DNA from: Emiliania huxleyi CCMP1516
Lineage: Eukaryota
DNA: 64,000 bases
Assembly: GCF_000372725.1 (NCBI RefSeq)
Contig: NW_005201287.1
Coordinates: 1,023,081 to 1,087,080 of the forward strand
Reading direction: 5' to 3'
In this document: positions 44,353-56,400 of the stretch, piece by piece
How the letters are laid out: every line of letters begins with the position of its first letter
Numbering within the stretch: position 1 is the first letter of the stretch
Made by a program: the position numbers and the translations under genes
Notes under the pieces: generated by a model
Database searches by the model: none
Seen by the model: the letters and a program-made list of their open reading frames with translations, nothing else
Told to the model about the DNA's origin: nothing

Positions 44353-45114
44353 GGGGTCTAAGAGGTTCTCGGCTCGCAGCCGCACCAGACCGAGAGCTCG
44401 AGGACGGAAGCGCGAGCCGGCCTCGCAAGGAGGGACCGAAAAAAAATTTCGCCAAGTGGCGATTTCGTTGTTAATAATTTTTCTTTCCTCTGCGACATTA
44501 GGCACTCCTTAGCCTCAAGCATAAGATGAGATTCCCAGACGAGAACGGGGGGAAGGACAGGCGAGCGACATTTGACGACGTCGGGGGTCACAATGATCAA
44601 TGTGACGACCAAAACGATCTTGGGAGCCAGGGTGAGACAACAGGTCGGGGTGCCACACGGGGCACACCACAGGCGTATCCTAGAGGGGGGAAAGAAACGA
44701 GGAATGAGGGGCCCCGCCACGAGAAGTGCGTTCTGGGGATGCAGAGCGTGCAAGGCGGCTAGGGATGTGCTTCACCTTTGAGTCACCGTCTGTGTCGGCA
44801 ACAGCCATCATGGGCTCTGCCATTTCGGCCGCCATGCCAAGCATTTCCAACACCTACAGTGGCCAAGCCAATCATGATCATCCGATGGCATGTCTCCCTG
44901 TCACGGCCCGCCTCCGTCTGTGGCTGCCTTCGGGAACTCCGACATGTCAATGCCTCCACTGCCGTCGGCGTCGCACGCGGCGAATGCTTCCCGTATAGCA
45001 TCCTTGGTGGATGGCATACTCCTCACCCGATGGGGGCCAGCGATCTACCGCGAGAGTGAAGTGTTCGAAGTTGCCGTGTGGGGCGCCAAGAGCCTCGTCT
45101 TCTCCTTGTACTTT

Positions 45115-45215
45115 CGAGTACTTGTACTTGTGTACGTACTTTTAGCTTACTCTCTCTTGTGTACGTCTCTCTCTCTCTTGTGTACGTACTTTTAGCTTAC
45201 TCTCTCTACTTGTGT
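45115..45215. repeat. Short tandem repeat cttgtgtacgtacttttagcttactctct
   Basis: Two full copies and partial copies, read directly. Confidence 0.7.
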
Positions 45216-45313
45216 GTGTTTGATGTGGAGAAACCCATGTGGCACTCACGAGTCGCATCAGCAGTCGTGCAGTCCGCCTCCGGTGAAGGTTGGGAGCTAT
45301 ACCTCAAATCTTG

Positions 45314-45515
<202 letters not shown>

Positions 45516-45649
45516 CCGACAGGCACAGCCGACAGGCACAAGACAGGTGCCGACGGCGCGTGCTGGCACCAACATTCGAATTTTACAAGAAAAAAATTGC
45601 GCGACTCTAATCGGCGTCGGGCTTTCGCGTTTCGCAGACATATTGCAAT

Positions 45650-46934
45650 ATGGCTCGGGGGTCGGGAGCCGGTGAACCGAGCATCCCGACGCTGGAACGA
45701 CGCGAGACAGAGAGCTTGATTGCAAAGGCACTCGAGGCGTCGGAACAAGCGAGCGAGGATCGCGAAGTTATCGTAGGCGCTGGGTGGATGGCTCAGACGG
45801 CACGCCTGGAAGGTAAGTCGCAGGCGGACGTGGATAAGATCTACGAGGCTGGGGTGGCCGCGGGGCAAGCGGCGATTCGTGGAGGGTCGACCGCTAAGTG
45901 GGCAATTGTTGCTGCTGCACGGGCCGCGGGCGCTGCCATCATGAGCGGCCAGACTGCCGAGGAGGCTGCTGACGCGGGCAAGCGCATCGTTGCGCTTGCT
46001 CTCACCACCAAGGAGAAGCAAGAGAGGATGGCGGACTCGGTGGGTGGAGGAAAGCTGAGCTCGCTGCTATTTGTGACCGTCGACGCTGCAATATCGGCCA
46101 TCCTTTCCGGCGTGCCCACGCATGTTGCGATGCTCGCTGGCACGGCTGCCTCAGTGGCTGCGGTGGCGGCGGCTGAGGCTCACACCAATTACCCCATCGC
46201 AGGCAGTGTACCCCGTTGCAGTCACCAATCACCCCATCGCAGCTGAGGCTCACGCCAATTGCCCCATCGCAGGCAAGGTGGCGGGCAAAATCATTGCCCA
46301 AGGCTACACAGGCAAGCAGGCGGCGGCGGCAAGCAGGGCCGCGGGGGAAGCTGCCTACTCAATGCGAGAAGAGTTTCCCGAGGGCAGCAAGTACCACAAC
46401 ACTCCGATGGCGGGGATCGCAATGGGGGAGGTGGGCGAAATTGTGGGCTTCGCCGTCGCCGACGGCAAGCCAGAGGAGGTGAAGCCGTCGCGCCTCGCCA
46501 AGCTCATTCGGGCGGTCACCGGTGCGACGAAGGCTGTTGCCGACACCTACGAGTTCCCTCTGCAATCGCAAGCACTCGTCGAGCTCTGCCTAGCCCAGAC
46601 AAAGGCCGCCGCCGCCGCCGCCGGAGCGGCAATCATGGCCAACACCACCGAGGCACAGGCAGCAGCGGCCGCTGCAGCAGCGGCAAGCGCAGCCGAGGCA
46701 GTGTACCATGCCGGCTACAAGGGAGAGAGCGCCATTGCCGCTGCGGGTAAGGCAGCTGCCTCGGCGATCATCGATGGGAAGACTGGCGCGGAAGCGGTCG
46801 CTGCTGGCAAGGCAGCAGCGGCACACGCCGTTCAACAGATTCGCGGCAATGCTTCGGTGTCCGGAACCGAAGTTGCCTTGGCTGCTGCCGCTATCGTGGC
46901 CGCTGCCATCGCGGTGAAGTTTCTTCGTCGGTAA
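45650..46934 (+). CDS. Ala-rich helical-repeat hypothetical protein with a C-terminal hydrophobic anchor; GC-AG intron 46203-46272
   Basis: Repeats such as AAGAAIMSGQTAEEAADAG and AAASAIIDGKTGAEAVAAG. The 70-nt intron joins the two track ORFs. Confidence 0.65.
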
Positions 46935-47540
46935 GAACGCCAGCCCTGTTGGGGCTTGCTGGCACTGTGTGCGGTCGGCTGTGTGCTGAGTTGTTGACGC
47001 TGATCCCGCGCGCACACTCTGCTCGCGAATTCCTTGGAGGGCTGGCCCGTGAGCTGGACACGCCGGAGGGGTCAGAGTAGGTGTAGAGCCGTAGCTTCCG
47101 TCACGATGTCACCAAAGAAGGCGAGAACATTGTGGCTGCTCGGGCGAACGATCGAGAGACTGAGTGGTGTGTCAGTGGACGCACAGTTAATAGCTACATA
47201 CACAAACTTCCGCGCGCACACACGCCGCCGATAATGCGATCGAGCGCCTCGACGGACGACGGTCGACGCTCGAGCGCGCCGCGCCTTGCTCGAGCTTGTT
47301 GGGCCCCAGCAGCCGCTACTAGTTGAATTATAGCGGTAAGGCCAAGGGTAACACGACTAACGATACGTGATCGTAGCGATAGAGACCCCCCGCCCGGAGA
47401 GAGACCACGCACGCGCGTCATGCGTCAAGTCTCAAGATCACGGTCAGTCACTTTCGGCAGAGTTCTTTGTGCTGTCTCACATGCTCTCCGCACTTCTCTT
47501 AGGTAGGAGATGATATACAGTCTAGAGAATAAGAACACTC

Positions 47541-49873
47541 TCATCTATCAGAGAAGGTCCACTGGCAACGATCGCCGAGTGCAGCGTCGAGCAACATGTC
47601 TCCGAAGGCCGAGGACGGCGACTGGAATCCCGGCGGCGCGCTGCCACTGAGGACGCGGGAAGCGATCTCCACCACGCAGAGTACCGTCGTGTCGTACGGA
47701 TCGGGCACGCGCAGGAGGCCTCGGCCCAACAAGCCACCCGCAGCATCACGCGCCTCGCCAGAGCAGACAGCCGCGGCCGCCATGCGAACCCTTTCGTCTG
47801 GGCCTGTGGCCGAAGCCGCCGCGAAACGCTCAAGCAACGGCTCCACCTCGTGCGGCCGCGCCGAGGCAAACCAGCCTGCCTGCGTGATGAGTAGCGAGGA
47901 GACGCGCGGCTCTCCGGCCCGTGACGGCAGCAGCGATGCGGTGATGAGGTCGGGGAGAGCCGTCACTGCCGTTGGCAGCGCGCCATGCGGCGCCCCAAAG
48001 TCCAGGCTCGGCCCGACCCCCGAGCAAGGCTGCACCTCGCCGCCAACCAGCGCGAGCGGCGTCTCTCCCGCACGGCGAGCACGCAGCAGCACGCGGGCAG
48101 TGCCGCGGGAGAGGGCCCCCCGCACAGGTAGCACCCCAACCACCACCGCCGTGGAGGCGGCCCACCGCAGCTTGAGTCTGGCGGCGAGCGCGTCGGTCGG
48201 CACAGAGTCGAAGCCGGCGGCGGGGAGAAGCATCACTCCCGAGGCGGCGGCGCGGTCGCCGAGAGCCTGCACCGCCTGCACAGACCTCCACTCGCCAGAC
48301 ACGTCGACGTAGTGTGTGCGCGCGAGGACGGCGCCGCTGGCGACGGCCGACGCGGTCTCCTCGTACGGTCCCGCCAGGTGCAGGACGCACTCTGCTCGCC
48401 GCAGCGCGCCGTGGAGCGCTTGCGTGTCGCGCAGGGAAAAGCACGAGAGCGCCACGGCCCCCTCAGCTGCGGCGCGCCCCTCCTCGCGCGCCGCCGCCGC
48501 AGCAGCGTCCGTCACGATCCGCGCAACCTCCGCCAGCTTGGCTCCGTCCCTGCCGCAGAGAAGGAGCCGCCAGCCGCGCCGCGCCGCCGCCTCGGCGACG
48601 AGGCGTCCGGTGAAGCCGTACGCGCCGTAGAGCAGCAGGTCGAACTCGCGCCGCGAGGCAGAGGAGGGGAGCGAGGAGGGGAGCGAGGAGGGGAGCGAGG
48701 AGGGGAGCGAGGACGGCTTGGAGGAAGGCGGTGGGTCGCAGGCGCGGGAACGTCCGCCTCGGAGCAGGTCGGGAGGCGGGGCGGAAGGCGGCGGCCTAGG
48801 CGGCGGCGCCTTCAGGCGGCCGATGCCGTTCGCAGAGCCGTTTGTGAGAGCGGGCCGGGCGGCGGCCGCGTCACTGGCGTGGGGGTGGCCTCTGTGGCGC
48901 GGTCGGTCGGTTCCCGTTGCGGCTGTGGGGAGGGAGGCGCCGGCGGGCGGGGGGGAGGTGCGGCCTCTGGAGAGGGGGGAGCAGAGCGAGGAGGAGGCCG
49001 AGGGAGGGCCCTCCTCCCACGCCTCCTCTGCGGCGCTGGGCTCGTGTGCCTCCTCCTCCTCCTCCTCCGCTCCGCCCGCCTCCGCCTCCGGCCCGCCCTC
49101 GCCCGATCCGCCCTCGCCCAACGCACCCTGCACGCCGACGACCTCGCCGTTCTGGAGGATCACACGCCGACGCGCAGCAGGCAGCGGCAAGCCCAGCTCC
49201 TCCTGCTCGCCACCCCGCCACCCTCCCGTCGCCTCGTCCCTCCCGCCCCTCGCGTGCAAGTCGCTCGTGGGGTGAAAGCGCAGCGGAGAGGGTGGCGCGC
49301 AGCCTGGTGCGGGCGAGAGGGCGTCCGGTGAGGGCGTGCTCTCCTGTCTGAGGGCGAGGCTGGCACAGGCGGCACACCTGCGCCAACTTCGGCAGCCAGC
49401 GGCCGCGCGGAGCCCGAGGAAACGGGCAGCGCGCGCTCAGCGTCTGACGGCGAGAGGCGAGCTTCGCGCCGCGCCTTGAAGAGGGCCGTGGCAATGACCT
49501 GCCGCATCGCGAGCGGCGCTACTCCGGCTTCGCGAAGCCCAGCCAAGAGCGCGACGCGGCCACTCTGACCTTGCCGCTGCTGCTCGGGCGTCGGCGGACG
49601 CACCCAGCTGGTCAATCCATCTCGCTGCTCGAGAGCGAGCGCGCCGCCCCGCCCCTCAAGCCTCAGGGGCGCCGCGCCTTCGCGCGTATGCCCGGCGAGC
49701 TCCACCATGCGAGTGAGTGGCAGCCGCGCCAGCAGAACCGTGTGTGTGGCGGCAACCTGCGGGTCGTCGCGCGGCAGCTCGGCCGCCTCCAGCAATGCCA
49801 TCACGTCGGTCACGATGACCCCGTTGCGCGGTCCGCGCTCGTTCCCCTCGCTCCGGTCGCCGATGGAGGGCAT
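47541..49873 (-). CDS. Saccharopine dehydrogenase-like oxidoreductase with a long N-terminal extension (probable intron near 49260-49350)
   Basis: LLLYGAYGFTG, LCGRDGAKL, VLHLAGPY, HYVDVSGE and GFDSVPTD. The N-terminal exon assignment is uncertain. Confidence 0.8.
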
Positions 49874-50487
49874 TTAGGAGAGCGTGGCGGCGAGGTCGGC
49901 GGCGTTTACGGTGTCGTGCGACAACGATCACACGGCGTTCGCGTCGAACTGAGACGCCGCGCCACTTAATTCTTTTTGAGCTAGACTTCGTTGTTAATTG
50001 GAACAAGCGAAGGCACACACGACATGACGCCAAACACACGATTGCACGCACCGCACCGCACCTCGCACCCGCACCCGCCGCCCCCCCGCCCCCTGCCCCG
50101 CCTAGGTGGGAAAGAGATGAGGAGATGGGACAGCGAAGGAGGAGCCACGAACACGTATGGGAGGTTTCGTTGATGCGTCACGCTGCCCGGCGTCTCTCAC
50201 TTTCCGGGACAGCCCCGCCCTTGTGAGGCAGGAGGGTGTGACGACTACCCCGTACGCCCTGTTGCTTCCCCTCGCAACTACGACGCTTCCGCGGCGCATT
50301 TCCGTCATCATCCGGCCGCGCCCGAACAATCAAAATCGTCGCATTCTGGGGACGGACGCAACTCGTTGTCGTCTCTCGCCGCCGCTGGCTGCGCTGCCCT
50401 CAAGAGTCAGTGCTGCACCGTGCGATACAGCTGGCCGCACCTGACTCGTTCCTCACCTTTCCGCCCCCACCCTCCGCCAACAGGACC

Positions 50488-53400
50488 ATGCCCAAGGGCT
50501 ACTACAAAGAGGTTGACGGCGTCAACTATGATCGCAAGCTGCTGGAGAAGGCACAGAGGCTTGCAAGGGAGAATGCAGGAACGTTGAGCAAGGACGCAGT
50601 GGAGAAGCTTTGGGTCGACGTGCGTTCGGACGGCCGGAATCGCGGCCACGAAGACGGCGTGTGGGATGTGGAGTTGAGGACGCTCCTTCACATTGCCGAC
50701 ACACTCAAGTTGGACAAGTCTGCGGCGGCACTGATGAAGAAGGAAACTGCAGTGCACGAAGCAAGCGCTGGGGGCTCCGGCTCCGGCGCAGACTCCTCGA
50801 GTGGCGCGGGTAAACGTTCGCGTGGGTCGGTGGAACGGTTCGAGGCAGGGCCCGCAAGCGGCAAGGCGGCTGGCTCGGGTAGTGGCTCGGGCAGCGGCTC
50901 CGGGAAGCGCAAGAAGTCGGGCTCGTCCGACGACTACTACCAGATCATCGACGGCGTCAAGTACGACCGCGCCTTGCTCGAGATGGCGGAGGAGCTCTCG
51001 AGCGGCGGCAAGCTCGACGCGGCGGCGGTCGAGCAGCTGCTCGGGGCCATGCAGGACGCCGGCAAGGTGACCCCGACCGAGCTCGCGACGCTGCAGTACA
51101 TCGCCGAGTCGTACAAGCTCGACAAGAAGGCGCAGGCCGCGATGGACAAGGGGCTGGCGGCGGCGGGCGGCGCAAAAAGCCGCTCCCTCGGCGGCAACGG
51201 CTCGGGCAGCGGCTCCGGGAAGCGCAAGAAGTCGGGCTCGTCCGACGACTACTACCAGATCATCGACGGCGTCAAGTACGACCGCGCCTTGCTCGAGATG
51301 GCGGAGGAGCTCTCGAGCGGCGGCAAGCTCGACGCGGCGGCGGTCGAGCAGCTGCTCGAGGCCATGCAGGACGCCGGCAAGGTGACCCCGACCGAGCTCG
51401 CGACGCTGCAGTACATCGCCGAGTCGTACAAGCTCGACAAGAAGGCGCAGGCCGCGATGGACAAGGGGCTGGCGGCGGCGGGCGGCGCAAAAAGCCGCTC
51501 CCTCGGCCAGGACCCGATCACTGTTATCGATGGAGTGGAGTACGATGCCGGCATCCTCGCTCTCGCGGAGGAGCTCGCGGCCGCCAACGGCGGGACCCTC
51601 ACCATGGCGGACGTGCAACGGCTTTGGCGGGAGAGGACGCTCGATTTCGGCGATGTGACGGCTGTCGAGATGCGGACGCTCAGCTATGTCGTCGATCATT
51701 TCAAGATGGACAAGAAGGCGTCTGAGTTCTTGGTCAAGGAAGTGCAGGCCTGGAATGCCACTCACCTGGGAGGAGCAGGCAACGTGCACGTCACCAAGGA
51801 GGGAGCCGTCGCAGCTATGGCGGCGCAGGCCGCACTCGATGCGGGTCTGTCGCCAGAAGCAGCACGGGCGGCGGGCGAGGCGGCTGCGCTTGCAGTGAGT
51901 CTCGGCCGGACGCAGGCAGAGGCGCTCAAGGAGGGCGCCGCTGCGGCAAAGGCAGCGCAGGCGGCACTCGACGCAGGGCTTTCGACGGACGCAGCGCTTG
52001 TTGCCGGTGAGTTGGCCGCCAAGGCGGTCAGCGAGGGGGCGACTTTGCCAGAAGCGATGAAGGAGGCGTCGGCTGGTGGCAAGGCCGCGCAGGCCGCGCT
52101 TGACGCTGGCCTCTCGACCGATGCCGCGCAGATCGCTGGGTCCGAGGCGGCAAAGGCCATTCACGATGGCAAGTCGGCCGCTGACGCGGCCAAAGTGGGG
52201 ATTGCCGCCGGCAAAGCAGCGCAGGTTGCGCTCGACGCGGGCCTCTCAAAGCAGGCGGCGCAAGTGGCCGGCATGGCGGCGGCCAAAGCGGTGGGCGAGG
52301 GACGCTCACCAGCCCAGGCGGCCAAGGAGGGACTGGTTGCAGGACAGGCAATGCAGGCCGCCCTGGACAGTGGCGCATCTACGGAGGCCGCAAGCGTGGC
52401 TGGCTTGATGGCGGCCAAGGCGGTGAGCGAGGGCAAGACGCCGGCCCAAGCGCTCAAGGAGGGAGCTGCCGCTGCCAAGGCTGCGCAGAAGCTCATCGAC
52501 GCTTTTGTCAAGGAGGGCTTGTCGCCGGAGGATGCCGCTGAGGCTGCGTCCGCGATGCTTGCTGCCGGACCGCCCCAGCCCGACATTGCCGCGGTGGCCG
52601 ACCTGATCGAGGGCGGCTTGGATCCAGAGGAGGCCATTGCCCAGGCGCACAACATCGCCAAGAACAAGGAGAACGCGGCGGCTGCGAGGGGCCTTGCGGC
52701 TTCGGAGGAGGAGGCGGCGAAGAAGGCGGCGGCGGCCGCCGCCGCGGCCGACAAGAAGGCCAAGGCTCAGCAGGCCGAGCTCGCCAAGGCGGAGGCTGCG
52801 GCCGACAAGGAGCGCGCCGCAGCAGACGCGGCGGCAAAGAAGGCGGCGGCAGCAAAGGCCGCCGCCGACAAGAAGGGGAAGGACCAGGCGGCGGCTGAGT
52901 CCAAGGCGGAGGCTGCGGCGAAGAAGGTGAAGGACCTCGCTGACAAGGCTGCTGCAAAGAAGAAGGCGGCGGACCAGACCGCGGCCGAGAAGGCGGCCGA
53001 GGAGAAGGCGGCCAAGGCGGCCAAGGATGACGCAGCAGCGAAGAAGAAGGGCGCTGCCGACGCTGCCGCGGCGACAAAGAAGGCAGCGGCTGACGCGGCC
53101 GCGGCTGACAAGAAGGCCAAGGATCAGGCGGCGGCCGCCGCCAAAGCCGAGGCTGCTGCGGCGAAGGAGCGGGCGTTGGCGGACAAGCAGGCGAAGGACG
53201 CGGCCGCTGCCAAGGCTGCAGCGGCGAAGCAAGAGAAGGAGCTGTCGAGCGAGCAGACCAAGGCCGAGGCAGCGGCCGCAAAGGCACGCGAGGCGGAGAA
53301 GGAGGCGAGGGACGCCAAGAAGGCAGCCGACCAAGCCGCGGCCGCGACCAAATCGAAGGAGAAGGATGCGGCCAAGGCCAAGGCGGACGCGGACGCAGCG

Positions 53401-56400
53401 ATGGAGCGCGCGACGAAGGCGGCGAAGGTGGCAGAGGCAGCGGCTAAGGCAGCAGCCGAGGCAGAGAAGAAGGCAAAAGAGGCGGCAGCGGACAAGTCGG
53501 CGGCGGACAAGGCGGCCGCGCAAGAGGGCAAGTCGGCCGACGCCGCGGCGCGCAAGGCTGCCGCAGAGAAGGCGGCAGCGGAGAAGCGGATGAGGGACCA
53601 AGGCGTCACAAAGGCCAAGGCCGAGGCAGCTGAGACAAAGGAGCTCGCAGCATCTGAGAAGGCCGCTGCCAAGAAGGCCGCTGCAGACGCGGCGGCGGCA
53701 GAAAAGGCCGCGGAGGAGCAGGCGGCCGCGCAGGCCAAGGCGGACGCGGCAGCGGCCAAGAAGGTGGCGGCGGCCGCTGCCGCCGCGGCCAAGAGGGCGA
53801 CGGCCGACGCAGCTGCGGCGGAGAAGCTCGCAAAGGACCAGGCGGCAGAGCAGGCCAAGGCGGAGAAAGTCGCTGCCAAGGAGAAGGAGGCAAGCGCTGC
53901 GGCGGCAAAGAAGGTCGCAGCCGAGAAGGCCATCGCGGAAAAGAAGGCGAAAGAGCAGGCGGCGGCTAACGCCAAGGCGGAAGCCGCGGCGAACAAAGAG
54001 CGTGCGGCTAAGGAGGCGGCAGCGGAGAAGACGCTGGCGGCGGACAAGCTCGCCGCAGAGAAGGCGGCGAAAGACAAGGCTGCAGCCAAGGCCAAGGCGG
54101 ATGCGGACGCCAAGAAGAAGGACGCGGATGCGGAGGCGACGGCAGCCAAGAAGGCGGCGGCGGCGGCGGCGGCGGCAGACAAGGACGCAAAGGACAAGGC
54201 GGCGGAGCAAGCAAAGGCGGAGGCCGCGGCAAACAAGGCCCGGGCTGCAGCGGAGGCGGCCGCAAAGAAGGCGGCGGCGGAGAGGGCGGCGGCGGACAAG
54301 CAGGCCAAGGAGCAGGCTGCCGCCAAGGCCAAGGCGGACGCCGCAACAGAGAAGGAAAAGGTCGCGGCCAAGGACGCGATCGACAAGGCGGCGGCGGCTC
54401 AGAAGGCAGCGCTAGAGAAGCAAGCCTCGGACGAGAAGGCGAAAGCGGCAAAGGCGGAGGCGGACAAGGCCAAGAGCGGCGCTGCAAGCGAGAAGGCGGC
54501 GGCGGCAAAGGCGGCGGCTGATGCGGCGGCGGCGGAGAAGCTCGCAAAGGAGCAAGCGTCGGAGGTGGCCAAGGCCGAGAAGGCGGCGGCAAAAGAGAGG
54601 GGCGCAGCTGAAGCTGCTGCGAAGAAGGCAGCGGCGGAGAAGGCTGCGGCCGATCGGCAGGCCAAGGAGAAGGCGCAGGCAGACGCCATGGCAGCCGCGG
54701 CAGTCAAGAAGGAGAAGGACGCGGCGGACAAGGCGGCTGCCAAAAGGGCGGCGGCGGACAGGGCGGCGGCCGACCTCAGCGGCGCGGAGAAGCTCGTGAG
54801 GCAGGCGAGCGATGAGACGGAAAAGGCGAAGAAGCAGGCGGATGCCGAGGCGGCGGCAGCCAGAAAGGCCATGGAGGGTGGCATGGCCGCGGAGAAGGAG
54901 GCCAAGGCGGCCGCCGCCGCCAAAGCCAAAGCGGAGGCGGCGGCTGCGAAGGCGGCGGCAGCGGCCGAGGCGGCGGCCAAGAAGGCGGCTACAGAGAAGG
55001 CTGCCGCGGACAAGCAGGCAAAAGACGCCGCCGCTGCCAAGGCCAAGGCCGACGAGGCCTCATCAAAGGCGCAGAAGGCCGACAAGGAGGCCGCCGCCGC
55101 ACGAGCGGCGGCCGACAAGGCTGCAACTGACGCCAAGCAAAAGGAGGCAGCGGCCGAAAAGGCCAAGAAGCTCGCCGACGCCGCGCAGGACAAGGCAGAC
55201 GCCGCAGCCGACGCGGCGACCAAAGCGGCCAAGGCCGCATCAGACGCGGAGAAGGCTGCCAAGGCAGCAGCGACGGCGGCCGATAAGGCGGCTGCGGCAG
55301 CGGAGAAAGCAGGGGATTCCGCGGAGGCGGCCGCCAAGAAGGCTGCAGCGGACAAGGCGTCTGCAGATGCGAAGGCAAAGCAGCAAGCTGCCGCGAAGGC
55401 TGCAGCCGACGCCGCGGACGCTAAAGATAAGGCCGCGGCCGACAAGGCCGCCGCCAAGAAGGCTGCTGCGGATGCGGCGGCAGCCGAAAAGGCAGCGCAG
55501 GAGCAGGCAGCTGCAGCAGCCAAGGCGGAGGCAGCAGCGATAAAGGCCGAGGCCGCGGCGACGGCGGCAGCTGCCAAGAAGACGGCGGCGGATGCGGCCG
55601 CTGCCGACAAGCTCGCAAAGGACCAAAGCTCGGCGCACGGCAAGGCCGCGGACGCAGCAGGCAAGTGGCGCGACTCAGCCTCGGCAGCACTCAAGCAGGC
55701 GGCTGCCGAAAGGGAGGCGGCGGACAGGAAATCTGCGTCACACGCCGCCGCCAAGCGCAAGGCCGACGCGGCCGAGCTAGCCGAACGCGAAGCTTACGAG
55801 ACTGCGCAGTCGATGAAGGGCGCGCCGTCGCCGCGCAAGAGGCAACGCTCGGTTAGCTTTGGGCAGAGCAGCGCCGAGATGGCAGCGGAGATTGCGGTGC
55901 GCGCGGCCCAGTCGGCGGCAGACAAGATGTCGGCGGAAGAGAAGGCCGCAGCAGATCGCCTCGGCCACGACGCGTCGAAGAGGACGCTCAGCGCGATGGA
56001 CGATGACCTCTTGCGCGCATTGAGCCGGCAGGAGTCCTCCTCCGGCGGTGGCGGCTCGTCCGGCGATTACTACCAGATCATCGACGGCGTCAAGTACGAC
56101 CGCGCCTTGCTCGAGATGGCGGAGGAGCTCTCGAGCGGCGGCAAGCTCGACGCGGCGGCGGTCGAGCAGCTGCTCGAGGCCATGCAGGACGCCGGCAAGG
56201 TGACCCCGACCGAGCTCGCGACGCTGCAGTACATCGCCGAGTCGTACAAGCTCGACAAGAAGGCGCAGGCCGCGATGGACAAGGGGCTGGCGGCGGCGGG
56301 CGGCGCAAAAAGCCGCTCCCTCGGCGGCAGCGGCTCGGGCAGCGGCTCCGGGAAGCGCAAGAAGTCGGGCTCGTCCGACGACTACTACCAGATCATCGAC

